Below are positions 20,464 to 30,602 of a stretch of DNA of 64,000 nt, piece after piece. Position 1 is the stretch's first letter, and every line of letters starts with the position of its first letter. The notes beneath the pieces were generated by a model. That model made no database searches and was not told the DNA's origin. It was given only the letters and a program-made list of their open reading frames with translations. The translations under genes and the position numbers were made by a program. Source of the stretch: an uncultured Chloroflexia bacterium (lineage in GTDB: Bacteria; Chloroflexota; Limnocylindria; Limnocylindrales; CSP1-4); assembly GCA_963712745.1 (NCBI GenBank), contig CAVQJC010000005.1:256001-320000 (forward strand), given 5' to 3'.

Positions 20464-22406
20464 CCGAAGGCGTCCTCCCCAAGTCCATCGTCATCCCGCT
20501 GGCCAACCCACGCACCGCGGCCGACCTCGTGCGCATCGGCGCCGCCCTGCTGCAGGATGGGGGCGCCATCACCGCCCTCTCGATCGTGGAAGTGCCCGAG
20601 GGCGTGCAGCTCTCCGAGGGCGCCACGCGAGCCCGCCAGGCCCGGCGCCTGCTGCAGCGCGTACTCGAGTTCGTCCCCGAGGGCGTGGAGCTGCGGACCG
20701 TCGTGCGCATCGGTCGCCGCGCCGATGAAGGCATCGTCGAGCTGGCTGCCGAGGAAGAGGCCGACCTCATCCTCTTCGGCTGGGGAGGCCCCGATCGGGC
20801 GCGTCGCAGCGTGTCCGAAAGAGACGATTTCCAGCCGGTCTTCAGCCCCACCATCGACGAGGTCATCCGCGAGCGGCCCTGTGACATCGCCGTGGTGAAG
20901 CAGCGCGGCATCGGTGAGGTCAGCCGCATCGTGGCCCCGGTCCGTGGCGGGCCTCATGCCGAGCTGGCCCTGCGCTACGCCTCGGCGCTCGCGAGCATGT
21001 TCGACGCCCAGCTCGACGTTCTCCACGTCGTGGCGCCCGGGGTGGACCCGACCATCAAGGCCAGGGCCGAACGGAACCTGGGGCTCTTCGTGGAGCGCCA
21101 CACCGGTGACGCCTCGGCCGCCCAGGTCGTCGAGGGCGCGGACGTGACAGAGGCCATCCTGCGCGAGGCCGACAGTGCCCAGATCGTGATCATGGGCGCC
21201 ACTGCCACGGCCTTCGACGCACCCGGCGCCTCCCTCTTCGGCCAGCTCGTGGAACACGTGGCCCAGGAGGCCGCGCCCACGGTCATCGTGGTCAAGACGC
21301 GGGACGTGCCCACGCGGGCCACGTTCGTGGAGCGCGCCAAGCAGGAGGATTCGCTCGAAGCCGCCGAGCAGGCTGCCGCGTCCCTCCGCAGCCTGCCGGC
21401 CAAGGTCGACCGCTGGTTCGGCGAGTCCTCGTTCGACTACACCGAGTTCAGCGACCTCAAGCGGCTCGTCGAGCTCAAGGAGAAGCGAGGCCTGACCATC
21501 TCGGCCGTCCTGCCCACGCTCAACGAGGCCGCCACCATCGGGCCCATCGTGCGCGCGGCCCGGCGGGAGCTGATGAAGGTGGTGCCGCTCTTGGATGAGC
21601 TGCTGGTCATCGACTCCGACTCTGACGATGAGACGCGCAGCATCGCCGAGGGCGAAGGCGCCCGCGTGGTCATCCACCAGCAGGTGCTACCCAAGTACGG
21701 CGCTCATCAAGGCAAAGGCGAGGCCCTCTGGAAGAGCCTCTACGAGACCAGCGGCGACCTGGTGGCCTGGTGCGACACCGACGTGAGCGAGTGGGACCCG
21801 CGATTCCTCTACGGCACCCTGGGCCCGCTGCTGACCGAGCCGCGCTTCGGCTACGTCAAGGCCTACTACCAGCGGCCCATCGTGCAGGGCGGCGTGCTCA
21901 CCGCCGGCGGTGGTGGACGGGTCACCGAGCTGGTCGCGCGGCCCCTTATCAACCTCTTCTACCCCGAGCTGTCGGGCTACATCCAGCCGCTCTCGGGCGA
22001 GTACGCGGGTCGCCGCGAGATCCTCGAGGACATCCCCTTCTTCACCGGCTACGCGGTCGAGATCGGGCACCTCATCGACCTCGCCGACAAGCTGGGCATA
22101 GGCGGCCTGGGCCAGGTCGACCTGGAGGTCCGCCACCACCGCAACCAGGATCTCGAGGGTCTCTCCAAGATGGCCTTCGTCATCATGCAGGCGGTCATGA
22201 AGCGGCTCGACGAGCGCGGCCACAAGGCGCGTATCGGGGAGCTGGGCACGTCCATGAAGCTGCCGCGATCGGCGGCTCACAAGCTCTCGCTCGACGTCAT
22301 CGACCTGGCCGATGTCGAGCGCCCGCCCATGTCCCGCATCCCCGAGTACCGGCGCAAGCGCGGTCTGTCCGATACGCCGGCCCAGCCCGCCGAGCCGTCC
22401 GAGTGA
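20460..22406 (+). CDS. gpgS: Glucosyl-3-phosphoglycerate synthase fused to two N-terminal universal stress protein domains
   Basis: USP motifs (ADLILFGW, PCDIAVVK, PVRGGPHA, IVIMGA); GpgS motifs LPTLNEAATI, IDSDSDD, GKGEALW, GGGRVTELVARP, QPLSGEYA, GYAVEIG and HRNQ. Confidence 0.88.
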   Translation: MTEGVLPKSIVIPLANPRTAADLVRIGAALLQDGGAITALSIVEVPEGVQLSEGATRARQARRLLQRVLEFVPEGVELRTVVRIGRRADEGIVELAAEEEADLILFGWGGPDRARRSVSERDDFQPVFSPTIDEVIRERPCDIAVVKQRGIGEVSRIVAPVRGGPHAELALRYASALASMFDAQLDVLHVVAPGVDPTIKARAERNLGLFVERHTGDASAAQVVEGADVTEAILREADSAQIVIMGATATAFDAPGASLFGQLVEHVAQEAAPTVIVVKTRDVPTRATFVERAKQEDSLEAAEQAAASLRSLPAKVDRWFGESSFDYTEFSDLKRLVELKEKRGLTISAVLPTLNEAATIGPIVRAARRELMKVVPLLDELLVIDSDSDDETRSIAEGEGARVVIHQQVLPKYGAHQGKGEALWKSLYETSGDLVAWCDTDVSEWDPRFLYGTLGPLLTEPRFGYVKAYYQRPIVQGGVLTAGGGGRVTELVARPLINLFYPELSGYIQPLSGEYAGRREILEDIPFFTGYAVEIGHLIDLADKLGIGGLGQVDLEVRHHRNQDLEGLSKMAFVIMQAVMKRLDERGHKARIGELGTSMKLPRSAAHKLSLDVIDLADVERPPMSRIPEYRRKRGLSDTPAQPAEPSE

Positions 22407-22456
22407 CGCTGGCCGGGACCGGGATGGCGGCGCTCCGGGCGGCGACCGGCTGAGCG

Positions 22457-23626
22457 ATGCCCGTCCGTCGCCCATTGCGCGTGCTGGTCGCGCCCGACTC
22501 GTTCAAGGGCACGTTCTCGTCGGTGGTCGTGGCCGGAGCCCTGGCCGAGGGCTGGTCGACCGTCCGCCCCGGCGATGAGGTGGCCTTGACGCCCATGGCC
22601 GACGGCGGCGAGGGCACGCTGGATGCGGTCGAGGCCAGCGGCGGCTGGGACCGTCATCTCATGGCCGCCAAGGACCCGCTGATGCGTACCCTCAGTGCCG
22701 CGTTCCTGCGCGACGGCGAGCGGGCGGTGGTGGAGATGGCCTCGGCATCGGGGCTCTCCCGCGTGCCCGAGGCGGAGCGAGACGCCATGGCGGCATCGAC
22801 CTTCGGCACCGGCCAGATCCTGGCGGCCGCCATCGGCCTCGGCTGCCGCGAGATCGTCATCGGCTTCGGCGGCAGCGCCACCACCGACGGTGGGGCCGGC
22901 TTGCTCGAGGCCCTGGGCGCTCGCTTCCGTGATCCCACCGAGGCCGACCTTCCGCCCGGCGGCGGCGCCCTCGGCCACCTGGCCAGCGTCGACTTCAACG
23001 AGCTGTCGGAGGTACTCGGGGAGGTTCACCTGACGGTGGCCTCGGATGTGACCAACCCCTTGCTCGGCGAGCGCGGCGCGGCGGCCACGTACGGGCCCCA
23101 GAAGGGAGCCACGGTCGAGCAGGTGGCCGAGCTCGACCGCAACCTGCGGCGCTACGCCGACATCATCGAAGGCGTGCTCGGCCGGCCGCTGCGCTATGAG
23201 CCGGGCACGGGCGCGGCGGGCGGCGCCATCTTCGGGCTGCTCGCGATCGCCGACCGCTTCGCGTCCCTGGAGGTCCGGCCGGGCGTGGACGTGGTGATGG
23301 AGCTGACCGGCTTCGATGCTGCGGTCGAGTCGGCCGACCTGGTGCTCACCGGCGAGGGCAAGGTCGATGGCCAGACCGCGTACGGTAAGACCGCCATGGG
23401 CGTGGCCGGACGCGCCCGGGCCGCAGGTGCGCGGACCGTCTGCTTCTGCGGCGGCGTGACGCCCGAGGGCGCCGAGTTCATGCACGGCCTGGGGGTGGTC
23501 ACCATGCCCGTGACGGAACGGCCGATGAGCCTGGAGGAGTGCCTGGCCGCGGGTACGGCGCCCATCGCCCGAGCCGCCGGCCGGGCCGCGGCCATCGTCG
23601 ATATGGCAGACGGGCTGCGCCGATGA
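22457..23626 (+). CDS. glxK: Glycerate kinase (GlxK/GarK family)
   Basis: APDSFKG, MADGGEGT, GGSATTDGGAG, DVTNPLLG, YGPQKGA and TGEGKVD. Confidence 0.93.
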   Translation: MPVRRPLRVLVAPDSFKGTFSSVVVAGALAEGWSTVRPGDEVALTPMADGGEGTLDAVEASGGWDRHLMAAKDPLMRTLSAAFLRDGERAVVEMASASGLSRVPEAERDAMAASTFGTGQILAAAIGLGCREIVIGFGGSATTDGGAGLLEALGARFRDPTEADLPPGGGALGHLASVDFNELSEVLGEVHLTVASDVTNPLLGERGAAATYGPQKGATVEQVAELDRNLRRYADIIEGVLGRPLRYEPGTGAAGGAIFGLLAIADRFASLEVRPGVDVVMELTGFDAAVESADLVLTGEGKVDGQTAYGKTAMGVAGRARAAGARTVCFCGGVTPEGAEFMHGLGVVTMPVTERPMSLEECLAAGTAPIARAAGRAAAIVDMADGLRR

Positions 23627-24483
23627 CGTCGAAGGCCAAGAGCCGGAAGCGGCGCAAGCCGAACCCCATCGGGCCCTGGGCCAGGCGCTTGACGCAGGCC
23701 CGGCCTGACCTGGTGGAGTTCGTGCTCGAGGGCGTGCGATCGCTGTACGGGGTGCCGGCATGGGAGCGGGTGCTCGACCCGACCTCCGAGCTGGTGCTCA
23801 CGATCCTGTCGCAGAACTCGGCCGACACCAATGCCGAAAAGGCCTTCGACGCGCTGGGCCGGGCATATCCTCCTGACCTTTCCCCGGTCGTACCGGCCTA
23901 TCCGGTCGAGCCGGCGGCGCCCGAAGAAGTCGAGGATGCCGTGGGCACCCGGCCCGGCTGGGGCGGCCAGGGCTGGCTGCAGCTGTCGCCGCCCGACTGG
24001 ATGCGAGTGGAGTCGGCGCCTGTCGACGAACTGGTCGACGTCATCCGCCCGGGCGGCCTGGCCAACCAGAAGGCACCGCGCATCCAGGCTTCGCTGGCGC
24101 GCGTCCGCGAGGCGCACGGCGACCACTCGCTCGAGTTCCTCGGTGAGATGGAGCCGCTGGCGGCGCGCGATTGGCTGACCAGCATCGGCGGCATCGGCGT
24201 GAAGACCGCCTCGGTAGTGCTGATGATGTCGTTCGGGATGCCGCTGATGCCGGTGGACCGTCACGTCGACCGCGTTTCCAAGCGCATCGGTCTCATGCCG
24301 TCGAAGGTCTCGGCCGAGGAGGCTCACGACCGCTACCTGGCGCTACTCGAGCCGGAGCAGTGCTATCCCATGCACGTGGGCCTCATCACCCACGGTCGCA
24401 GGACGTGCCACGCCCGGGTGCCCGATTGCGACGGCTGCCCCATCGCGCCGCGCTGCCGATTCGTCGACCGGTGGGCGCCATAG
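23623..24483 (+). CDS. nth: Endonuclease III-like HhH-GPD DNA glycosylase
   Basis: LTILSQNSAD, GIGVKTA, PVDRHV and [4Fe-4S] motif CHARVPDCDGCPIAPRC; carries an insertion of roughly 40 aa. Confidence 0.85.
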   Translation: MTSKAKSRKRRKPNPIGPWARRLTQARPDLVEFVLEGVRSLYGVPAWERVLDPTSELVLTILSQNSADTNAEKAFDALGRAYPPDLSPVVPAYPVEPAAPEEVEDAVGTRPGWGGQGWLQLSPPDWMRVESAPVDELVDVIRPGGLANQKAPRIQASLARVREAHGDHSLEFLGEMEPLAARDWLTSIGGIGVKTASVVLMMSFGMPLMPVDRHVDRVSKRIGLMPSKVSAEEAHDRYLALLEPEQCYPMHVGLITHGRRTCHARVPDCDGCPIAPRCRFVDRWAP

Positions 24484-24517
24484 GGCGGTCGGGGGACGAC
24501 ACCGGGAGGGACGGTCG

Positions 24518-24994
24518 ATGACCAGCGGGGACGAGACACCGCCGCAGAAGCCGCGCACACCGCCGCGCTGGTTCGTGAAGTCGTTCTGGTACGGACACCG
24601 GGCGGTCTACCGCCTGACCGGCGGGCGCCTGGGGCTGCGCCGGGCCAAGCCGGGTCGCTGGGGCACGCTGCGGCTGCACACGCTGGGGCGGCGCAGCGGG
24701 CAGGTTCGCACGGCCATCCTCGGCTACATCGAGGATGACCGGGACATCGTGCTGCTGGCAACCAACGGGATGATGGAGTCACTGCCCGCGTGGTGGCTCA
24801 ACCTGCAGGAGACGCCGGACGCGATCGCCGATCTGCCCGGGGGCACACGCGAGGTCACCGCACGTGAAGCGAGGGGTGCGGAGCGCGAACGGCTGTGGGC
24901 CAGGTGGCTGGAGGTGGGGGACGAGCTGGCCATGGACGCCGCCGCGCTCCGGCGTGAGATCCCCGTGATCGTGCTGGAGCCGCGCAGGGCCTGA
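24518..24994 (+). CDS. Deazaflavin (F420)-dependent nitroreductase/quinone reductase family protein
   Basis: YRLTGGRLG, LHTLGRRSGQVR, PAWWLNL and REIPVIVLEP. Confidence 0.85.
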   Translation: MTSGDETPPQKPRTPPRWFVKSFWYGHRAVYRLTGGRLGLRRAKPGRWGTLRLHTLGRRSGQVRTAILGYIEDDRDIVLLATNGMMESLPAWWLNLQETPDAIADLPGGTREVTAREARGAERERLWARWLEVGDELAMDAAALRREIPVIVLEPRRA

Positions 24995-25023
24995 TCGTGC
25001 GGAGTCCGCGCGCGGCCTGATCG

Positions 25024-25458
25024 TCAGCGAAGGATGGCCACCACGAAGCTGGCGGCCAGCACCGCCAGCACGGCCGCGGCCAGCAGCAGCGTGCGCCTGT
25101 CGGCGGAGCGGCGGTATTCCCAGGCAGTCACGAGCAGGCCGGCCACGGGCGTGGCCACGACCACGTATGCGCCGACGGCCGCCCAGGCCCAGGGCGTGAG
25201 CGCCGTGAGGCCCTCGAGCACTGCGGCAAGGTCGGTCATCTCGCCGCTGCCGGGAGCCCTGCCGACGACCTCCAGCCCGATCGCTACCGCGAAGAAGACG
25301 GCAGCCACAAGCACGCCGCCGGTGAGCGTGGCGCTGGTGTAGCGTCGTTCGGCCGGGTGCCGGCCCGGAAGCGCTGAGGCGGCAGCGGGCGGCGCGGCTG
25401 GCGGCGTGCCGGGCGGCGCGGCGGGCGGTCCAACGGGCGGTGCACTCGGCGTCGTCAT
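25024..25458 (-). CDS. DUF1634-like small membrane protein
   Basis: Three TM helices with VVATPV; coupled to the TauE/SafE gene, as is typical. Confidence 0.65.
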   Translation of the reverse strand: MTTPSAPPVGPPAAPPGTPPAAPPAAASALPGRHPAERRYTSATLTGGVLVAAVFFAVAIGLEVVGRAPGSGEMTDLAAVLEGLTALTPWAWAAVGAYVVVATPVAGLLVTAWEYRRSADRRTLLLAAAVLAVLAASFVVAILR

Positions 25459-26282
25459 AGCTGCAGGAACTCCACGAACATGCTCACGGCGAAGACCGCT
25501 GCCACGGCCACGAAGGCCAGGCGCAGCAGCTCCTGCGACAGGTGCATGGACAGGCGAGCCCCCAGCCGGGCACCCACGATGACACCGAGCGCCACCGGTG
25601 CGGCCAGCAGCGGATCGAGCTTGTCGGAGGCCAGGTAGACGATCGCCGACGCCGTGGCCGTGGCGGCGAGCATGTAGGTGCTGGTGGTGGTGGCCACGCG
25701 GATGGGCACGTGCATGAGCACGTTCATGGTGGGCACGTTGATGACCCCGCCGCCGACCCCGAGCAGGCCGCTGACGTTGCCGGCCATGAACGACACCAGC
25801 GTGCCCGGAAGGATGCGCCGCGCCCGATATTCGATCTCGTGCCCGCTCGTCGGCTCAACGAACGAGGATACGAAGCCCGACTGGTGGTCCTCTTCATCGA
25901 TGGGTGGGGGTGAGGCCGGATGCCGTATCTGCCAGAGCATGCGCAGGGCCACGCCAGCAAGCAGCAGCGCGAACAGCAGCGAAAGGGTTCGCCCGTCGAG
26001 GTGGCCGGCGGTGACTCCGCCGGCCAGGCCGCCGAGGGCGGAGCCCACCAGCAGCAGGAGCCCCAGGCGCCGGTCGGCGAGTCCCGACTTGATGTAGCGA
26101 GGAGAGGCCGAGAGCGAGGTGGCGATGACGCCGATGAGGCTGGCCCCGATGGCGACCTTCACGTCATAGCCGAGGAATACGCTCAGCAGCGGCACGATGA
26201 CCAGGCCACCGCCGATACCCACCATCGAGCCGAAGCCGCCGGCGGCGATCGACACCAGGAACGCCACCAGCAATGCGCTCAC
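25455..26282 (-). CDS. TauE/SafE (TSUP) family transporter
   Basis: Repeated GSMVGIGGG / SGLLGVGGG motifs; multi-TM. Confidence 0.9.
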   Translation of the reverse strand: MSALLVAFLVSIAAGGFGSMVGIGGGLVIVPLLSVFLGYDVKVAIGASLIGVIATSLSASPRYIKSGLADRRLGLLLLVGSALGGLAGGVTAGHLDGRTLSLLFALLLAGVALRMLWQIRHPASPPPIDEEDHQSGFVSSFVEPTSGHEIEYRARRILPGTLVSFMAGNVSGLLGVGGGVINVPTMNVLMHVPIRVATTTSTYMLAATATASAIVYLASDKLDPLLAAPVALGVIVGARLGARLSMHLSQELLRLAFVAVAAVFAVSMFVEFLQL

Positions 26283-26358
26283 GGGCGCACGCTCTGGCTC
26301 GGGTCCGCGTGTCGGCTGGGTTTCACGGCTAGGAGGATAGCCGCGCTACCATTCGGCC

Positions 26359-27555
26359 ATGGCCATGTTCACTGATCTCGAGCCCCGAGCACCCGACGCC
26401 ATCCTGGGGCTGATGGAGCGCTTCCGCGCTGACGACCGACCTGACAAGGTGTCGCTCGCCACGGGCGTCTATATCGACGAAACCGGTATCACTCCCGTGC
26501 TCGACACGGTGCGTGAGGCCGAAGCACGCATCCTCGAGGGACAGACCACGAAGGTGTACAAGCCCATCGCCGGCGATCCCGCCTATAACCGACCCGTGCG
26601 CGACCTCGTCTTCGGGGCCGAGCACCCTGCCGTCAGCGGTGGGCGGGTGGAGACGATGCACACCCCCGGTGGCACTGGCGCGCTGCGCGTGGCAGGTGAC
26701 CTGCTCGCCGGCATCAGCCCCAGCGCCGCTGTCTGGCTCTCGACGCCGACCTGGCCCAACCACCCGCAGGTGTTCGACGCGGCCGATCTGCCCATCCGCA
26801 GCTACCCCTACCTTGGTGAGGACGGCGAGCTCGACATCGAGACGATGCTCGGCGTCCTGCGCTCGGTGCCGGCCGGCGACGTGGTCGTGCTGCACGGCTG
26901 CTGCCACAACCCCACCGGCATCGATCCCACCGCAGAGCAGTGGGAGCGCATCGCCGACACCGTCATCGGGGCGGGTGCCCTGCCCCTGCTCGACTTCGCC
27001 TACCAGGGGTTCGCCGACGGGCTCGACGCAGATGCCAGGGGCCTGCGCGCCCTGCTCGCACGTGAAGGCACGATGCTCGTGGCCAGCAGCTTCAGCAAGA
27101 ACTTCGCACTGTACGACGAGCGCGTGGGGGCCCTGAGCATCGTCGGCGCCGATGCCGACGAGACGGCCACGCTGCTCTCGCACGCCAAGGCCGTCATCCG
27201 CTCGAACTACTCGAACCCACCCGCCCATGGAGGCGAGATCGTGGCCACCGTCCTTTCGGACCCGGAACTCAAGGCCCGTTGGGTCGACGAGGTCGGCGTC
27301 ATGCGCGACCGTATCAACGGCAACCGCGCGAGGTTCGTGGCCGGCCTGCAGGCTGCGGGCGCACCGGGTAACCACGAGTCGCTCATGCGCCAGCGCGGCA
27401 TGTTCTCCCTGCTGCCGCTCGGCGAGGAGCGCGTGGCTCGGCTGCGCGACGAGTTCGGCGTGTACGTGGTGGGCAAGGGCCGAGTCAACGTGGCCGGTCT
27501 GACCGAGGAGAACCTGGAGCCCGTCTGCCGCGCCATCGCAACCGTGACGTCCTAG
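26359..27555 (+). CDS. aspC: Aspartate/aromatic amino acid aminotransferase
   Basis: DAILGL, TPGGTGAL, PTWPNH, HGCCHNPTGID, DFAYQGF and SFSKNFALYDERVG. Confidence 0.93.
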   Translation: MAMFTDLEPRAPDAILGLMERFRADDRPDKVSLATGVYIDETGITPVLDTVREAEARILEGQTTKVYKPIAGDPAYNRPVRDLVFGAEHPAVSGGRVETMHTPGGTGALRVAGDLLAGISPSAAVWLSTPTWPNHPQVFDAADLPIRSYPYLGEDGELDIETMLGVLRSVPAGDVVVLHGCCHNPTGIDPTAEQWERIADTVIGAGALPLLDFAYQGFADGLDADARGLRALLAREGTMLVASSFSKNFALYDERVGALSIVGADADETATLLSHAKAVIRSNYSNPPAHGGEIVATVLSDPELKARWVDEVGVMRDRINGNRARFVAGLQAAGAPGNHESLMRQRGMFSLLPLGEERVARLRDEFGVYVVGKGRVNVAGLTEENLEPVCRAIATVTS

Positions 27556-27788
27556 CCAGACCTCTTCCGGCCGGCCGCCGCCAGTAGTACTGGTGACGCG
27601 ATGCCCACAGCTCGAAGGTACGGGGTACTCGGGTGTGGATTGTGGGAGTAGCCTGTTGCGAAGGATGGCCCGATAGTACGGCTGTGAACGTCGTCATCTC
27701 TCCCACACCCCGTACGAACGTCCGCCCCCTTCCGGGGCCGGGCGGTCGGTTCATCCCGCGGACAGCGCCGAAGCAGCAAAGGCGAAGG

Positions 27789-28484
27789 ATGATCGCAACA
27801 TTCGCTACTATCACCTCCCGCATGCGACTGAACCTCTTTGCTCGAAGCCAGCACCCGAATCCCCAGCCCCAGCCCCAGCCCCAGCCCCAACCTTCGATCC
27901 AGCCGGATACCACGCCGGTGAGACCGCCGACGGGCAAGACCTTCCCGGCCGACGAGGTCGTTTGGGGCATCGTCATCCGCAACGGCTTCGACGAGCTGGA
28001 TGACCCGGTGTATCACCGCGGCACGACGCAGCACGCGTACCTCGAAGGCAACGACAACGTCGCCATCTGCGGTTTCCGTCCACCGCAGTCGGGGCCACGT
28101 ACGCGGCGTCGCTCTCGCCTGGGACTGCCTACCAGTGGCGACCATCCGATGTGTGGATCCTGCGCCCGCATGGTCGTGGCACCGCGCCCGCGAGTGCCGG
28201 TGGCCGTGCGGCCGGGCCGCCCGCCGGTGGCCGTGCCGGTCGCCCGTCCCGTCCAGCCAGGGCCGGTGCCGGTGTCCGTGGCCCAGGCGGTCCCGCCGCC
28301 ACCGCCGACCGCTCCCATGCCGATGGCACCTGCGACCCAGGGCGCGACTCCATCTACGTCCCCGTGGGTCCGCAACCGAACCGGCGCCGGCGAGGCCGCC
28401 GACACCGTGAGCATCGAACTCGGCACCCGTCACGACAGCGGCCTGATGCAGCGTGGCGTGCACACCGAGCTCCAGCCAGACTGA
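27789..28484 (+). CDS. Pro-rich hypothetical protein with putative Zn-binding module
   Basis: (QP)n tract, then QHAY...AICG...MCGSC (His/Cys/CxxC); start uncertain. Confidence 0.55.
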   Translation: MIATFATITSRMRLNLFARSQHPNPQPQPQPQPQPSIQPDTTPVRPPTGKTFPADEVVWGIVIRNGFDELDDPVYHRGTTQHAYLEGNDNVAICGFRPPQSGPRTRRRSRLGLPTSGDHPMCGSCARMVVAPRPRVPVAVRPGRPPVAVPVARPVQPGPVPVSVAQAVPPPPPTAPMPMAPATQGATPSTSPWVRNRTGAGEAADTVSIELGTRHDSGLMQRGVHTELQPD

Positions 28485-28515
28485 CCCGCCGGCAAGCCCG
28501 GCCGAGCAGGGAGAG

Positions 28516-28546
28516 GCCGCCCGGTACCTTCGTGGTATCGGGCGGT
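28516..28546. terminator. GC-rich hairpin between convergent genes
   Basis: ccgcccggtacc-ttcgt-ggtatcgggcgg stem-loop; no long U tract. Confidence 0.55.
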
Positions 28547-28604
28547 AGCTCGTTTCTGGGCGCCTCGTCGTTCATGGGCGACTGGGGGCGCGTCGCCCGC
28601 GCAG

Positions 28605-29612
28605 CTACTCGGTCGGCTTGACGATGATCTTCAGGCCCTCGCGCGCGACGAGATCGCCAAAGGCCTGGGCACCCTCGGCCAAGGGATAGGTAGCGGTGAT
28701 CATGCCCTTGAGCGAGACGATGCCGTGGTCGGCCATCTCGATGGCTCGCAGCATGTGCACGAACTTCATGCGCCGCGACCAGGCGATGGTCAGGCCCTTG
28801 CGCCGCGCCTCGCCCGCACCGAACGCATGCCGGTTCGTGGGCGGGATGCCGACCACCACGACCCGGCCTCCGAGCCTGGTCGTGATCAGCGCCAATTCGA
28901 GCGCTGCGTCTTCCCCGGCGGCCTCGAAGCCGACATCGACCGTGGCGACCTCCCGGATGCCATCAGGCTGGCCGGTGACCTCGGTGAGATAGGCTTCGTC
29001 GGCGCCCGAGGCCAGGGCGGCCTCGACGCGGTGGGCCTTGGCATCGGTGGCGATGACCCGGCTGGCACCCATGGCCTTGAGGGCGCGGATGAGGAACAGC
29101 CCGATGGGCCCCGATCCGAAGACGCCGGCACTCATGCCGGCCTTGAAGTGGCCAAGGTCGATGCCGTGGAGGGCGATGCCCAGCGGCTCGAGCAGCGCGA
29201 CATCGTCGCCCTCGATGCTGTCGGGCGCAGGCAGAAGGAGCCGCTGCGGCCAGTTCATGAACGTGCGCAGGCCACCATGGACGGGAGCGTGCCCGCAGAA
29301 CTTCACCTCCGGGCAGAGGTTGCCGTGGCCGGCGCGGCAGACCTCGCAGGTGCCGCAGGGGTCGGCCGGCTCGACGATGACTCGCTCGCCCTCGCGCGGG
29401 CCGGACATGATGACGCCGCCCATCTCGTGGCCCAGCACGAGTGGCTCTCCGACCACGGATTCGCCGATGCCGCCGTCCTCGTACCAATGAAGATCGGAGC
29501 CGCAGAGGCCGACTGCCGTGATGCGTACCAGCTCCTCGCCGGGCGCGACCGTGGGTTCGGGTTCCTGGTGGACACGGACGTCGTTGGCGCCGTGTAGTCG
29601 AAGCACTTCCAT
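28605..29612 (-). CDS. Zn-dependent alcohol/polyol dehydrogenase (sorbitol dehydrogenase-like)
   Basis: GLCGSDLH, LGHEMGG, CGTCEVCRAGHGNLC and GSGPIG. Confidence 0.92.
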   Translation of the reverse strand: MEVLRLHGANDVRVHQEPEPTVAPGEELVRITAVGLCGSDLHWYEDGGIGESVVGEPLVLGHEMGGVIMSGPREGERVIVEPADPCGTCEVCRAGHGNLCPEVKFCGHAPVHGGLRTFMNWPQRLLLPAPDSIEGDDVALLEPLGIALHGIDLGHFKAGMSAGVFGSGPIGLFLIRALKAMGASRVIATDAKAHRVEAALASGADEAYLTEVTGQPDGIREVATVDVGFEAAGEDAALELALITTRLGGRVVVVGIPPTNRHAFGAGEARRKGLTIAWSRRMKFVHMLRAIEMADHGIVSLKGMITATYPLAEGAQAFGDLVAREGLKIIVKPTE

Positions 29613-29807
29613 GGCCTAACCATAGCCGCAGCGGCCGGGCCGGCTGGAGGGCCGGTCGGCACCCGGACGGCGGCGGAAGCGCCCGGCGCACGCGGGCTGG
29701 TGCGTTCGGTCAACGGTCGAGTCGGTGCGGTCGCGTATGATCGGGTCGTGGCCGGGGGTGCGTGCCGTGCGCGCCTGAGCCACAACGCGAGGAGTCGCTA
29801 TCGCCTG

Positions 29808-30476
29808 ATGGCCACCGAGCATGTGCACGTGCCCGCGCACGCTTCCGACTGGGCCACGCCCGCTGCCGCACCAGCCCCCGACTGGACGCCCGTTCCCACC
29901 CTGGAGAGACCGCGTTCGCCGGTCAACGAGGGGCTCGTCGAGGTCGCCTCGGCGATGGCGCCGGGCAAGGCACTGGACCTCGGTTGCGGTGAAGGCCAGA
30001 ACGCGATCTGGCTGGCCCAACGGGGCTGGATCGTCACTGCCGTGGACATGTCCCCGAGCGCCATCAGTGGAGCGCGCGAACAGGCCGCCGCGGCCGGAGT
30101 GGACCGCACCATCGTCTTCGACATGGCTGACATCGCCGATTGGTCCCCGGCCTCACGCTACGACCTCGTCTTCTGCACCTTCGCCCTGCCTGCCCGCGGC
30201 ATGGGCCGCAGCCGCATGCTGGACATGGCTGCGGCCGCGGTCGCACCGGGCGGCACCATCCTGCTGACCGATTTCGACGCTTCGTTGCGCCGCGAGGGCT
30301 GGATGGCTGAGAAGTACCTGGTCTCGGTCGAGGAGCTGGAGCGCCATCTCGGAGGCTTCCGCATCGATCGCGCCGTCGTGCGCAAGGCCCGGCACCGCCA
30401 CGGCTACGAGGAGCGTGTGCTGCCCGCGGCCGACGTGGTGGCCACACGCCGGACGGACCTGCGCAGCTCCTTCTAG
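29808..30476 (+). CDS. Class I SAM-dependent methyltransferase
   Basis: ALDLGCGEG, WLAQRGW, AVDMS and YDLV. Confidence 0.88.
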   Translation: MATEHVHVPAHASDWATPAAAPAPDWTPVPTLERPRSPVNEGLVEVASAMAPGKALDLGCGEGQNAIWLAQRGWIVTAVDMSPSAISGAREQAAAAGVDRTIVFDMADIADWSPASRYDLVFCTFALPARGMGRSRMLDMAAAAVAPGGTILLTDFDASLRREGWMAEKYLVSVEELERHLGGFRIDRAVVRKARHRHGYEERVLPAADVVATRRTDLRSSF

Positions 30477-30602
30477 CCCCTCCCCCGACGCTCCCCTGCC
30501 GCTGCCCTATCCTGCCCCGGTGACGAACGAGGCCCACGGGGCTGAGACCAACGAGCTACCCATCGCCTTGGTCGTCGCCCGACACCCCGGCCCACGGATG
30601 CC

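Noticed and set aside
27570-27788. Known riboswitch in the long leader
   Set aside because: Could not match c-di-AMP, c-di-GMP, SAM, TPP or cobalamin consensus elements by eye.
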